Origin: a bacterium
GTDB lineage: Bacteria > Sumerlaeota > Sumerlaeia > MVZB01
NCBI GenBank assembly: GCA_021372575.1
Contig: JAJFUE010000185.1
Coordinates: forward strand, 14,018-78,017
DNA length: 64,000 nt
Direction: 5' to 3'
Part shown: positions 46,475 through 55,334 of the stretch, piece after piece
How the letters are laid out: every line of letters starts with the position of its first letter
How positions within the stretch are numbered: position 1 is the first letter of the stretch
The notes under the pieces: model-generated
Database searches by the model: none
Told to the model about the DNA's origin: nothing
What the model saw: the letters and a program-made list of their open reading frames with translations, nothing else
Program-made: the position numbers and the translations under genes

Positions 46475-48088
46475 TTACTTCTTATCCTTCACCTGAATCG
46501 TTGAAAGATCATGCTTGCCCGTGAAGCTCCACCAGTCAGCCTGATTCTTCATCTGTTCGCGGATCTGCTCCGGCACCAGTTCCTGGCCGACGCGGTTTTG
46601 CCAGCCGCCCCCGAGCGCCTTGTAGATCGCGACGTAATCTGTCGTGGCCTGCCCGCGCCAGGCCCACATCTGATCCTGCTGCGAAGCCAGGAATGTCAAC
46701 GCGGCCAGGGGAACGGAAACGATGACTTTGCCTTCCTTGTAGGCGGCCATCGTTGTTTGGGCGGCGTCGAGCGCCTCATCGACGTTGTCTTCGAGAACGG
46801 TCGTTTCGTCCTGCGCCTTCAGGAATGAATACAAGGAATTCTCTACTTCGAGATTGGCGTTCAGGACCGTTTCCCGGTAATTGAGCAACGCCTCCTGGAA
46901 TTGGGCGTCCTCGTTGCGGACTAATTCCACGGTCACCGGGTAAAGGATCAGGTTCGAGACATTCAACAGCCCGCCGTAGGTGCTGCTGACGCTGTCGGAC
47001 CGGAAGAATTTGTCGGAATCGGATGAGCTGAGTCCAATCGAGCCGAAGATGTTGAACGAGGGCAGAATGGCAGCCTTGGCGATGCCAACGCGGGCGCATT
47101 GGGCCGCCGCCATGTGTTCGGCCACCCGCACGTCGGGGCGCCGGCGCAGCAGGTCGGCCGGGATGCCCACGACGTTTTGCACCGGGGCGACTGGAATGGC
47201 GCCGGTGGTGCCGATGTCTTGATGCAGGGTTTGCGGCGCTTTGCCCAGCAAGACGCACAGGTTGTTTTCAGCCTGGCGGCGCTCCGCTTCGAGCGGCGGG
47301 ATCCAGCTTTGCACGGTGCCTGCCAGCAGTTCAGCGAGCTGGACGTCGGTGATCAGCGCCTTTTTGTTTTTGTATCGTTCCTCGGTGAGCGCCACGAATC
47401 TGTCCAGGGTGTCATTCAGGCTGTTTAATGCGGCAAGCCGTTGATCGAGCGTCCGGATCCGGATATAGGTTCGCGCCACTTCCGCCGCCAGCGAGACCAT
47501 GATGGCGTCATAACTGGCAAACGCCGCCTTGAGCTGTTCGCCGGTCGAGCGGAACAATTGACGATATTTCCCCCACAGGTCCATTTCCCAAACCGCGTCG
47601 AAACCGGCGCTATAGACATCCATTTCCGGCGTGACACTGACCGCGGGCAGATTGCTCATCAATTGCTCGCGAACGGCCGGCGGAAGTTTTCTCTGCGGCT
47701 CCGTGAGACTCACGCTCACTTCCGGCTTGACGCTCGTGCTGTAATCGTTGTGCGAAATCGAACCCTGGCCCGTGATGATCGGCGCGAAACTCCAACCCGC
47801 GACGGCATGGCCGACGCGCGCCTGCACGATGCGAAGCGAGGCCGCCTGCAAGGTCAGGTTCTGGTCGAAGGCCTGCCGGATGAGCGAGTCGAGAACGGGG
47901 TCGTTGAGGCTCTTCCACCATTCCACCCGATCGACCGGCTGGCCGGTGAATTGCGGCTGACCCGTGTCTCGCCACTGCTGGGCGATCGGGACCTCCGGGG
48001 TCTTGTACTTCGGGCCCACCACGCAACCGGAAGCCAGCAGGACCATGGCGATCGGGGCGCATAATCCCAGCACTGATTTCTTCAACAT
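46475..48088 (-). CDS. Outer-membrane efflux factor (NodT/TolC family lipoprotein)
   Basis: LLASGCVVGPKYKTPEVP is the NodT-type lipobox and start. There are two OEP repeats. No MFP or RND partner is present in the window. Confidence 0.8.
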   Translation of the reverse strand: MLKKSVLGLCAPIAMVLLASGCVVGPKYKTPEVPIAQQWRDTGQPQFTGQPVDRVEWWKSLNDPVLDSLIRQAFDQNLTLQAASLRIVQARVGHAVAGWSFAPIITGQGSISHNDYSTSVKPEVSVSLTEPQRKLPPAVREQLMSNLPAVSVTPEMDVYSAGFDAVWEMDLWGKYRQLFRSTGEQLKAAFASYDAIMVSLAAEVARTYIRIRTLDQRLAALNSLNDTLDRFVALTEERYKNKKALITDVQLAELLAGTVQSWIPPLEAERRQAENNLCVLLGKAPQTLHQDIGTTGAIPVAPVQNVVGIPADLLRRRPDVRVAEHMAAAQCARVGIAKAAILPSFNIFGSIGLSSSDSDKFFRSDSVSSTYGGLLNVSNLILYPVTVELVRNEDAQFQEALLNYRETVLNANLEVENSLYSFLKAQDETTVLEDNVDEALDAAQTTMAAYKEGKVIVSVPLAALTFLASQQDQMWAWRGQATTDYVAIYKALGGGWQNRVGQELVPEQIREQMKNQADWWSFTGKHDLSTIQVKDKK

Positions 48089-48137
48089 GTCTGTCTGACT
48101 CCTGCCTTTATTTGAATTTCAAAATGGGTGAATGATT

Positions 48138-49433
48138 TCAGCGGTCCTTCAACACAATCGCAAGCGGCCCGTCCGCCGCCTGCATGATGTGCGACAGAGG
48201 CAGGCCGTGCTCCAGCAACTGCGTCATCCCGCGCAGATACTTGCGAATATGGAGAAAGAATTTCTTGTATCCCGGGCACAGATAATGCAGCCCCGGTTCG
48301 CCATTGTAAGTCGTCATAAAGCGATGCTTGGGGCATCCACCGCGGCACGCCGCAAGGACGTCGCAGCTTTTGCACGCATGCGGCAGGGCCGTCTCTTTGG
48401 CGATCCCAAAACCCGACTGGATGGATCTCTCAACCATGTCCGGCAGATTATCCGCGGCGATATTCCCCAACCGATGCTGCGGATAGACGCAGTGATCGCA
48501 GGCATAAACATCGCCGTTATGCTCAATCACGACGGAACGACCGCATTGCTTCGCGTGGATGCACACCGGGGATGGATTGCCGATCCATGCGTTGAGCGCC
48601 CATTCGAAATTCATGACGAAGACTTGGCCCACGTCACAGCGGACCCATTCCTCGTAGATCGCAATCAGGAACTCGCCGTATTCGCGAGGGTTAACTGTCC
48701 AGGGCGTCACCTCGGTCGAAATGGTTTTTGAATTCAGTTCAGCGGGACCCGCCAGGCTCAGGCCGCACTGCGCGGCCGTGTCATCGGGCATGCGCTCCAC
48801 GATCGGCGTGAACTGGATGAATTCCACGCCTTCGTCTTTAAAGAAATGATAAATGTCGAGCGGGTGCTTCGCCGCATCGTGGGCGACACACGCCATCACG
48901 TTGTACTCCACCCGGTGCTTCTGGAGAAGTTTCAGCCCTCTCATCACCTCGTCGAACGTGCCGTTGCCGCTCCGGTCGCGGCGATAGCGATCATGAATCT
49001 CCCGCGGCCCGTCGAGACTGAGGCCCACCATGAAATTGTTTTTCTTTAAGAACGAACACCACTCGTCATTGAGCAAGGTCCCGTTGGTCTGAAGCGAATT
49101 GGTGATGGTTTTCTTTCGCACGTAAGGTTTTTGCAGATCGACGACTTTTTTGAAGAAGTCGAGCCCGAGCAGCGTCGGCTCGCCGCCCTGCCAGACGAAT
49201 TCGACGACGGGCGTCGGCTGCGAGTCGATATAATTCGAAATGAACGCGCGAAGCACCTCGTCGGACATCCGCATCTTCTCGCCGGGCCCGAAGAGCGCGT
49301 GTTTCTCAAGATAGAAGCAATAATCACAATTCAGATTGCACGCAGGCCCGATCGGCTTGGCGACTACGTGCAAGCCGTGTGCGGCCTGGCTATTCAAGGT
49401 GGTATTTTCGGGACTGCTCATAACACCTCTCAT
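48138..49433 (-). CDS. Anaerobic sulfatase-maturating enzyme (radical SAM/SPASM)
   Basis: CNLNCDYCFY (CxxxCxxC) plus C-terminal SPASM Cys clusters (CGRSVVIEHNGDVYACDHC, CKSCDVLAACRGGCPK). It is adjacent to a sulfatase gene. Confidence 0.85.
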   Translation of the reverse strand: MRGVMSSPENTTLNSQAAHGLHVVAKPIGPACNLNCDYCFYLEKHALFGPGEKMRMSDEVLRAFISNYIDSQPTPVVEFVWQGGEPTLLGLDFFKKVVDLQKPYVRKKTITNSLQTNGTLLNDEWCSFLKKNNFMVGLSLDGPREIHDRYRRDRSGNGTFDEVMRGLKLLQKHRVEYNVMACVAHDAAKHPLDIYHFFKDEGVEFIQFTPIVERMPDDTAAQCGLSLAGPAELNSKTISTEVTPWTVNPREYGEFLIAIYEEWVRCDVGQVFVMNFEWALNAWIGNPSPVCIHAKQCGRSVVIEHNGDVYACDHCVYPQHRLGNIAADNLPDMVERSIQSGFGIAKETALPHACKSCDVLAACRGGCPKHRFMTTYNGEPGLHYLCPGYKKFFLHIRKYLRGMTQLLEHGLPLSHIMQAADGPLAIVLKDR

Positions 49434-49486
49434 TGGTTAGCACTGCTGCGCGGGGCGTGTTGGGCACGCCCCGCGCGATTGTGACA

Positions 49487-51916
49487 TTAATCCGACAAGG
49501 CCTTCTTCTGAGCGGCTTCGGCGCCGGCCTTGGCCGCCGCTGTTTTCTCGCCCGCCGGCATTGCCTTGAGTTCAACGGTGACCTTGTCGATCTTGCCGGT
49601 GAATTGATACGGCGCGGGAATCCCGTAGTCTTCCACGACCGGAGTTTCCCCGTCCTCACCGACATCGGCCCCTTCATCACCCGAGAACATCAAGGGTTGC
49701 GTGCGTTCGATCCGGCCTTCGGCGACTTTCTCGCCATTGACAAGGATCGTGCCGACGCCGCCCTTGGCCAGGCCGCCGCCGTCGTAGGCGAATTCGTAGC
49801 GGATCGTTGCTTTTCCGGCCGGCAGGGCCTTGTCCGCGGCAATCGTGAAGCGCTGCAATCCGAGGAAGTTGTAGGTATAGACCGGCTTCCCGTCCTTCAG
49901 ATACAGGCTCCAACCGCCGAAGCGCCCGGCCTGGCAGAGGATCACCCCGTTGGCGCCGCCTTCGGGAATGGTGACCTCCGCGGTAATGGTATGGGAGCTG
50001 TTCTTGGTGTTGATGAAAACGTTCTCGGACATTCCGATCATGCCATCATAGACGGTCAGCGAGGTGCGCCCGGCCATCAGGTCGGGCCGCCCCACGAGGG
50101 CCGGATTAAGCCTCTCAATGCCGCGGTCATCAATGGGAAACACGTAGTTCTTGACCGCTTCCTCCATGAACAAGTCCTGCATTTCCTTGAGCTTGCCCGG
50201 GTTCTTGGCCGCCAGATCGTTGGCCAGGCTGAAGTCAGCCCGCGTGTCGTAGAGTTCCCAGACATCCTTCTCCAGCGTCGCGCGCGGCTGGGCTTCCCAC
50301 GGGGCCTTATGCACGGTTCCCGCAAGCCAGCCATCGTGATAGATGGCGCGGTTGCCAAAAATTTCGAAATACTGGGTCAGGTGGCGGTCCTTGGCCTTCG
50401 CGTCATCGAAGCTGTACGCCATGCTGACGCCCTCGATGGGGGTCTGGGGAACACCGTTGACCACCTTGGGCTCCGGCAGGCCCGCGGCTTCCAGGATCGT
50501 CGGGGCGATGTCGATCAGGTGATGCCACTGCGAACGCACTTCATTCTTGGCCTTGATGGCCTTTGGCCAATAGACGACCATCCCGTTGCGTGTGCCGCCG
50601 TAATTCGAGGCGATCTGCTTGGTCCAGGTGAACGGCGTATCGCCCGCGACAGCCCAGCCCGCGGCATAGTGGCTGTAAGTACTCGGCCCGCCAAGTTCGT
50701 CGTAGTGTTTCAATACGCTCTCGACCGTTTCATTCACGCCGTTGAAGTAGGTCATCTCGTTGAACATGCCGGCAATGCCGCCTTCGGCGCTGGCGCCGTT
50801 GTCGCCAACGATGTAAAAAATCAGCGTGTTGTCGAGCTGTCCCATGTCGCCGATGGCATCGACAAGACGGCCGATCTCGGTATCGGCATACTCGCCGAAA
50901 CCGGCATAGACCTCCATCTGGCGCGTGAAAAGCTTCTTCTCGTCATCCGACAGCTTGTCCCAGTCCTTGATCGCAGAGGGCTTGGGGGCGAGCTTCGTGC
51001 CGGCGGGCACGACGCCCAGCTCGATCTGGCGGGCAAGGGTCTCTTCGCGCAATTTGTCCCAGCCCATGTCGAACTTGCCCTTGTATTTATCGATCCATTC
51101 CTTCGGCACCTGGTGCGGCGCGTGGGTCGCGCCCGGCGCGAAGTAGATGAAGAACGGCTTGTCGGGCGTCAGGGACTTTTCCGACTGCATCCACTTGATC
51201 GCCTGGTTCGTCATGTCGGTCATGAAGTGATAGTTGGGATCCTTCGGCACCTCGATCTTGGTCATGCCCTCATAGATCGCCGGCGCCCACTGGTTCGTTT
51301 CGCCGCCCATAAAGCCGTAGAATTTGTCGAAGCCGCAGCGGGTCGGCCAGCGGTCGGTCGGCCCGGAGGGGCTGACTTCCCACGCGGCCGTCTCGTGGCT
51401 TTTCCCAAACGCGGCCGTCGAGTAGCCGTTGTAACGCAGCGTGCTCGCCAGCGGCGCCACGCTGTCTGGGCGCTGCCCGGTATTGCCCGGGAAGGCCGTC
51501 GCGGTCTCCATGATGGAACCGGTGTTGCACACATGGTGATTGCGCCCGGTGAGCAGGCACATCCGCGACGGCGAACTGAGCGCCGCCGTGTGGAACTGGT
51601 TATATCGCAGGCCGTTCTGTGCCAGGCGATCCAGGGTGGGCATGTTGATGGGACCGCCGTAAACGCCGGACTGGCCGAACCCCATGTCATCGATGAGGAT
51701 GATGAGCACGTTCGGGGCGCCGGCCGGCGCCTGGGGATTGAAACGCGGCGGCGCCGTGGCATCCCTGACGTCGAGCACGGTGCTGTGCGGGAACTGGGGT
51801 TCCGGGATCGGGAGTTTTGTTCGATCCAGCCCAGCCTCCCCGGCGGCTGTTGCAGCGCAGGCGGCACCTAGCGCAAACCCGAATCCGAATGTTGACCTCG
51901 CGGTTCTCAGTTTCAT
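49487..51916 (-). CDS. Ser-type sulfatase (arylsulfatase family) with long C-terminal extension
   Basis: LIILIDDMGFGQ and TAALSSPSRMCLLTGRNHH (S-x-P-x-R instead of C-x-P-x-R). Signal peptide present. Confidence 0.85.
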   Translation of the reverse strand: MKLRTARSTFGFGFALGAACAATAAGEAGLDRTKLPIPEPQFPHSTVLDVRDATAPPRFNPQAPAGAPNVLIILIDDMGFGQSGVYGGPINMPTLDRLAQNGLRYNQFHTAALSSPSRMCLLTGRNHHVCNTGSIMETATAFPGNTGQRPDSVAPLASTLRYNGYSTAAFGKSHETAAWEVSPSGPTDRWPTRCGFDKFYGFMGGETNQWAPAIYEGMTKIEVPKDPNYHFMTDMTNQAIKWMQSEKSLTPDKPFFIYFAPGATHAPHQVPKEWIDKYKGKFDMGWDKLREETLARQIELGVVPAGTKLAPKPSAIKDWDKLSDDEKKLFTRQMEVYAGFGEYADTEIGRLVDAIGDMGQLDNTLIFYIVGDNGASAEGGIAGMFNEMTYFNGVNETVESVLKHYDELGGPSTYSHYAAGWAVAGDTPFTWTKQIASNYGGTRNGMVVYWPKAIKAKNEVRSQWHHLIDIAPTILEAAGLPEPKVVNGVPQTPIEGVSMAYSFDDAKAKDRHLTQYFEIFGNRAIYHDGWLAGTVHKAPWEAQPRATLEKDVWELYDTRADFSLANDLAAKNPGKLKEMQDLFMEEAVKNYVFPIDDRGIERLNPALVGRPDLMAGRTSLTVYDGMIGMSENVFINTKNSSHTITAEVTIPEGGANGVILCQAGRFGGWSLYLKDGKPVYTYNFLGLQRFTIAADKALPAGKATIRYEFAYDGGGLAKGGVGTILVNGEKVAEGRIERTQPLMFSGDEGADVGEDGETPVVEDYGIPAPYQFTGKIDKVTVELKAMPAGEKTAAAKAGAEAAQKKALSD

Positions 51917-52127
51917 TTACTGCTCTCCTTCAGAGATTTCATAAGTGACTATTGCTTGCCGGCGAACACCGTCGCCGCGGTTTTGACGGCTCAGTGCGCC
52001 CTGTGATCCTTCACGCGATTCTTCTCGATCAGGACCGCATAGCAGTTGTCGCTGACTTGTTCCATCTTCATGGGCTTGATCTCCTTTTGGGCGCGGCCGC
52101 AGTCTCGTCATCCAATTTGGCTTTGAG

Positions 52128-52487
52128 TTAATGCCCTCCCGCCGGGGTTCTCGACGGGTCGAGAAGCTCCATGCCCCAAATCCTGGAAGTCTCGTAAAAA
52201 CAGATCTCGGGCTGCACGGTGGACAATTCCATCGCAGCAAGAATCTTATGATAGTGCGTCGATTGGATATGGCGCTCGATACTGGCCAGGGACTCCCAGT
52301 GCTCCAGGTAAAGCACCGTCTGGTCTTCTCCCGATCCCTCATAGATTGCACACGCCAGACACCCCGGCTGGATCGCCGTCGGGCCGACCACCCCGCGCAG
52401 GATACCCAGCAGTTCCCGCCGGTTGGCGGGCGAGGGAAGAATTTTCAGCATGAAAAGCATCATATTTCGGTCCGATCCGGCCCTCAA
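52128..52487 (-). CDS. ABM/Dabb-like small protein (putative monooxygenase fold)
   Basis: About 110 aa with the pattern LYLEHWESLASIERHIQSTHYHKILAAME, typical of ABM domains. The start is uncertain. Confidence 0.5.
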   Translation of the reverse strand: MRAGSDRNMMLFMLKILPSPANRRELLGILRGVVGPTAIQPGCLACAIYEGSGEDQTVLYLEHWESLASIERHIQSTHYHKILAAMELSTVQPEICFYETSRIWGMELLDPSRTPAGGH

Positions 52488-52526
52488 CGCATCAAGAAAT
52501 CACGCACTCATGGCCGGATAGTCTTA

Positions 52527-52542
52527 GAAATAAGCGTGCCGG
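52527..52542 (-). promoter_or_regulatory. Weak sigma54-type -24/-12 candidate (CGGCACGCTTATTTCT)
   Basis: Read on the minus strand: GG-N10-TC with GGCACG and TTTC where TTGC is expected. It lies between the sigma54 activator gene and the ABM gene. Confidence 0.25.
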
Positions 52543-52657
52543 ATCTGGCCAGAAGCTTCAGAAGGCTTATAGAGACTTGAAAGACAAGGATTTAGAATGA
52601 CTCAAAGCGCAGTTGGAGGGCGTGTAAATCTTAGGTGGAAAGTCTGAAATATCGCAC

Positions 52658-54658
52658 CTAGGACGATATATCGTCCTTTTGGGGGCGATGGGGAATGCCC
52701 AATTTATCCATTCTGGAGCCGAGCGTGGAGGGATTGATGTGAAGGAGCGCGGCCGCGCCTTGGGGCCCCTTGACGCGCCAGCCGGATTTCTGCAACGCGT
52801 TCAGGATATGGCGGCGCTCAGCCTCTTCCAAGGTGAGCATGACCGGGCTTTCCGCCTCTTGAGTTTTAGGCAATTGCACTTCCAACCGGCTGCCGTGGCT
52901 AAGAATCATCGCCCGCTCAATAATGTTACGCAATTCACGAACGTTTCCCGGCCAGGAGTAACCCTTGAGCAATTCCATTGTTTTCTGCGAAACCGACTCG
53001 ATCTTCTTCCCCATATTTTTGCTGAACTCGTCAATGAACGCCCAGGTCAGCAGGGGGATGTCCTCGGCCCGTTCGCGAAGCGGCGGCACCTCGATGGGGA
53101 ACACGCTCAGGCGATAATAGAGGTCCTTGCGATATTCGCCCTGGCGCACGGCCTCGGCCAGATTCTTGTTGGTGGCCGCGATGATCCGCACGTTGACCTT
53201 GATCGTTTTGGACGGCCCGCCCAGCCGCTCGAATTCACCTTGCTGGAGGACGCGCAGGAGCTTGCTTTGCAACTCGAGCGACAGTTCCCCGATCTCGTCT
53301 AAAAAAATCGTTCCCCCATCGGCCAACTCGAATCGTCCGATCTGCCGGGTCATGGCTCCCGTATAGGCGCCTTTCTCGCGGCCGAACAATTCGCTTTCGA
53401 TCAGCGATGCGGGCAGGGTGGCGCAATTGACCGTCACCATCAGCCGGTCTTTGCGCTGGCTCTGGGCGTGAATGGCGCGGGCCACCAGTTCCTTGCCGGT
53501 TCCGGTCTCGCCCGTGATCAGCACATGGGAATCCGTCGGGGCGACCTGTTCGATCTGCTTGAGCACCTGCTGAATCGACTGGCTCCGGCCGATAATTTCG
53601 CCGTGTCCCTGTGAGATCACGATCTCCGCCCTCAGGTACTCTGCCTCGACCTGCAGGCGATCCTTCAAGTCTTTAATTTCTTGAAAATTTTGCTTATGTA
53701 TCTCGTCCGAGCGTTTTCGCGCCAGGGCGTTGACGAACACCTCGCCGAGCATGCGCAGACGCGGGATGTATTCCTGGGGCCATATGCGAGGGTGCTGGCA
53801 CGAGACGCCGATAATGTGGTCGAGCGTTCCGCCCATCAGCAGTGGAATCGATAAAAAAGCATCCACGCCGAGTTGCCGGTGGGTCTCCAGATCCACGCTG
53901 GCTTCCGGCGGGAGCTCCGCGGATGAATTCATGCAAAAGACTTCTCTTTTCAGGACGACTTGTTTATACAGCCATGGCAGGTGCGGCACGAGGTCTGTGC
54001 CGGGGGGCAGGGGCAATGCATTGGATTCCTCCCGGCCGAAATGCGTCAGTCGGACCTGGGCGTGATCGGGCGAGACCTCCATGAATCCGACCAATTCCAC
54101 GTCCAAAAACTCGCGGACCTCGTTGAGACCCGAGACAATCTCCTGATCAACCTGCTCAGAGGGAAGATTCGTGAATCGGGAAGAAAGATCCGCCAGGAGC
54201 TGTTCAAACCGAAGCCGCTGGGCCAGGGCCTCCTCGGCGCGCCTGTGCTCGGTGACCTCCTTGCCGAATACGGAAATGCCGATCGTCTCTCCGTTTCGCA
54301 GCAAAGGGCTGAATGTCAGCTGCAGGATATGCAGGCCCGAGCTGACCAGATACTCCTCGACAAAGGATCCTTCCCGCAAGGCGCGCTGATAAAGCGCATG
54401 CCATTTTGCCGCGAACGCCGGCGGCAGCATGTCTTCCGGTGGCATGCCGATCCGGATCTCGATGTGATGTTCCTGTAAAAAGTAGTCCCTGAGCGCATGG
54501 TTGAAGGTGAGCAGACCGTAATGCATGGGGTCCACCGACCAAATCATATCGTTCGTGCTGTTTATAAGGGCGGACAACAATGCCTGTGACTCGGCGAGGG
54601 CGTCATCCGACCGCTTATGTTCGGAAACATCCTCCATCGGAACACCTCCAAAAGCCAT
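52658..54658 (-). CDS. Sigma54-dependent transcriptional activator with PAS and GAF sensor domains
   Basis: GETGTGKELVARAIH, ESELFGREKGAYTGA, and C-terminal HTH AAALLHINPSTLGSRMDKLGI. Start set at 54658 or 54637, because the longer ORF overlaps a plausible plus-strand gene. Confidence 0.85.
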   Translation of the reverse strand: MAFGGVPMEDVSEHKRSDDALAESQALLSALINSTNDMIWSVDPMHYGLLTFNHALRDYFLQEHHIEIRIGMPPEDMLPPAFAAKWHALYQRALREGSFVEEYLVSSGLHILQLTFSPLLRNGETIGISVFGKEVTEHRRAEEALAQRLRFEQLLADLSSRFTNLPSEQVDQEIVSGLNEVREFLDVELVGFMEVSPDHAQVRLTHFGREESNALPLPPGTDLVPHLPWLYKQVVLKREVFCMNSSAELPPEASVDLETHRQLGVDAFLSIPLLMGGTLDHIIGVSCQHPRIWPQEYIPRLRMLGEVFVNALARKRSDEIHKQNFQEIKDLKDRLQVEAEYLRAEIVISQGHGEIIGRSQSIQQVLKQIEQVAPTDSHVLITGETGTGKELVARAIHAQSQRKDRLMVTVNCATLPASLIESELFGREKGAYTGAMTRQIGRFELADGGTIFLDEIGELSLELQSKLLRVLQQGEFERLGGPSKTIKVNVRIIAATNKNLAEAVRQGEYRKDLYYRLSVFPIEVPPLRERAEDIPLLTWAFIDEFSKNMGKKIESVSQKTMELLKGYSWPGNVRELRNIIERAMILSHGSRLEVQLPKTQEAESPVMLTLEEAERRHILNALQKSGWRVKGPQGAAALLHINPSTLGSRMDKLGIPHRPQKDDISS

Positions 54659-54805
54659 AAGGATTCCTTCTTGCCAACAGATTCTCCCAAGACGCCCTGC
54701 AAGGCAACCGCAGATTGAAAGCCGAGTACGATTATCCGAAACAATCATCCGCAAAATTCCGACGTAGTGTGCGTCGTATTCATGAACTGACGGCAGAAGT
54801 GACGC

Positions 54806-55042
54806 ATGGCCGATTCCGTGCTCAAAGTTCATCGCATTCTGCGCGAGCATCCGATCGCCACGGCGGGTTGGCTGGCAGAAAAAACCACTCTCACGCCGGC
54901 GCCCATTAACAAGGCATTGTCCCACCTTCAGAAGATTGGAATCGTCCGCGAGCTGACCCAACGGAAACGCAACCGCATGTTCAGTTATTCAACGTACATC
55001 GAGATTCTGAACAAAGAGACGGAAGGCCCGAAATTGCGATAG
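54806..55042 (+). CDS. Small winged-helix protein (resembles the C-terminal wHTH of Fic-family proteins)
   Basis: TAGWLAEKTTLTPAPINKALSHLQKIGIVRELTQRKRNRMFSY. Its stop codon coincides with the start of the island arm repeat. Confidence 0.4.
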   Translation: MADSVLKVHRILREHPIATAGWLAEKTTLTPAPINKALSHLQKIGIVRELTQRKRNRMFSYSTYIEILNKETEGPKLR

Positions 55043-55195
55043 TCCTTGCAATAGTTTGGACGTTTCGGGGACGGGATCATCCATGTCATGGTGTCATGAC
55101 GCGGCTGATTTTATGCAACTTGGCATCGGTGGAATCTCAAATCCGCCCTGTCACTGCGGAGGTCGCGAGTTCATGTCTCGCCGGCCCAGCCACTC
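55034..55195 (+). repeat. Island right-end arm plus degenerate tRNA-Asp 3' fragment (attR-like, copy 2)
   Basis: 55151-55195 matches 113-157 with 4 mismatches in 45. The upstream ~117 bp is homologous to 39339-39455. Confidence 0.75.
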
Positions 55196-55214
55196 TTGTA
55201 AAAACGATTTAAAC

Positions 55215-55236
55215 CCCTGATCCGTCAGGGATTTTT
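55215..55236 (+). terminator. Rho-independent terminator after the degenerate tRNA fragment
   Basis: CCCTGA-TCCG-TCAGGG followed by ATTTTT. Confidence 0.5.
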
Positions 55237-55334
55237 CTCATTTGTTCACGGATCGTGGTGCGCGAATCGTCTCGTAACCAACGATCATGATTGCCGAAAT
55301 TTTCACTGACTTGCCAACCGAAAAAGCCATTCGG

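Larger units (their letters stand above)
39505..55195. mobile_element. Putative older island B between the second and third tRNA-Asp 3' copies
   Basis: Its right end carries the same arm plus a degenerate tRNA fragment and its own terminator. There is no integrase, and GC is similar to the core, so this is tentative. Confidence 0.4.

Noticed and set aside
49433-51871. An 812-aa plus-strand ORF, the longest in the track.
   Set aside because: It lies exactly antisense to the sulfatase gene, which has clear family motifs. Its translation is Arg/Gly/Ala/Val-rich low complexity with no motif, which is the typical shadow ORF of GC-rich DNA.
51991-52071. A 26-aa minus-strand ORF, MKMEQVSDNCYAVLIEKNRVKDHRAH, resembling the N-terminus of MBL-fold hydrolases. 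It could be a gene fragment.
   Set aside because: It is too short for a supportable call. Similarity rests on a generic N-terminal pattern only.
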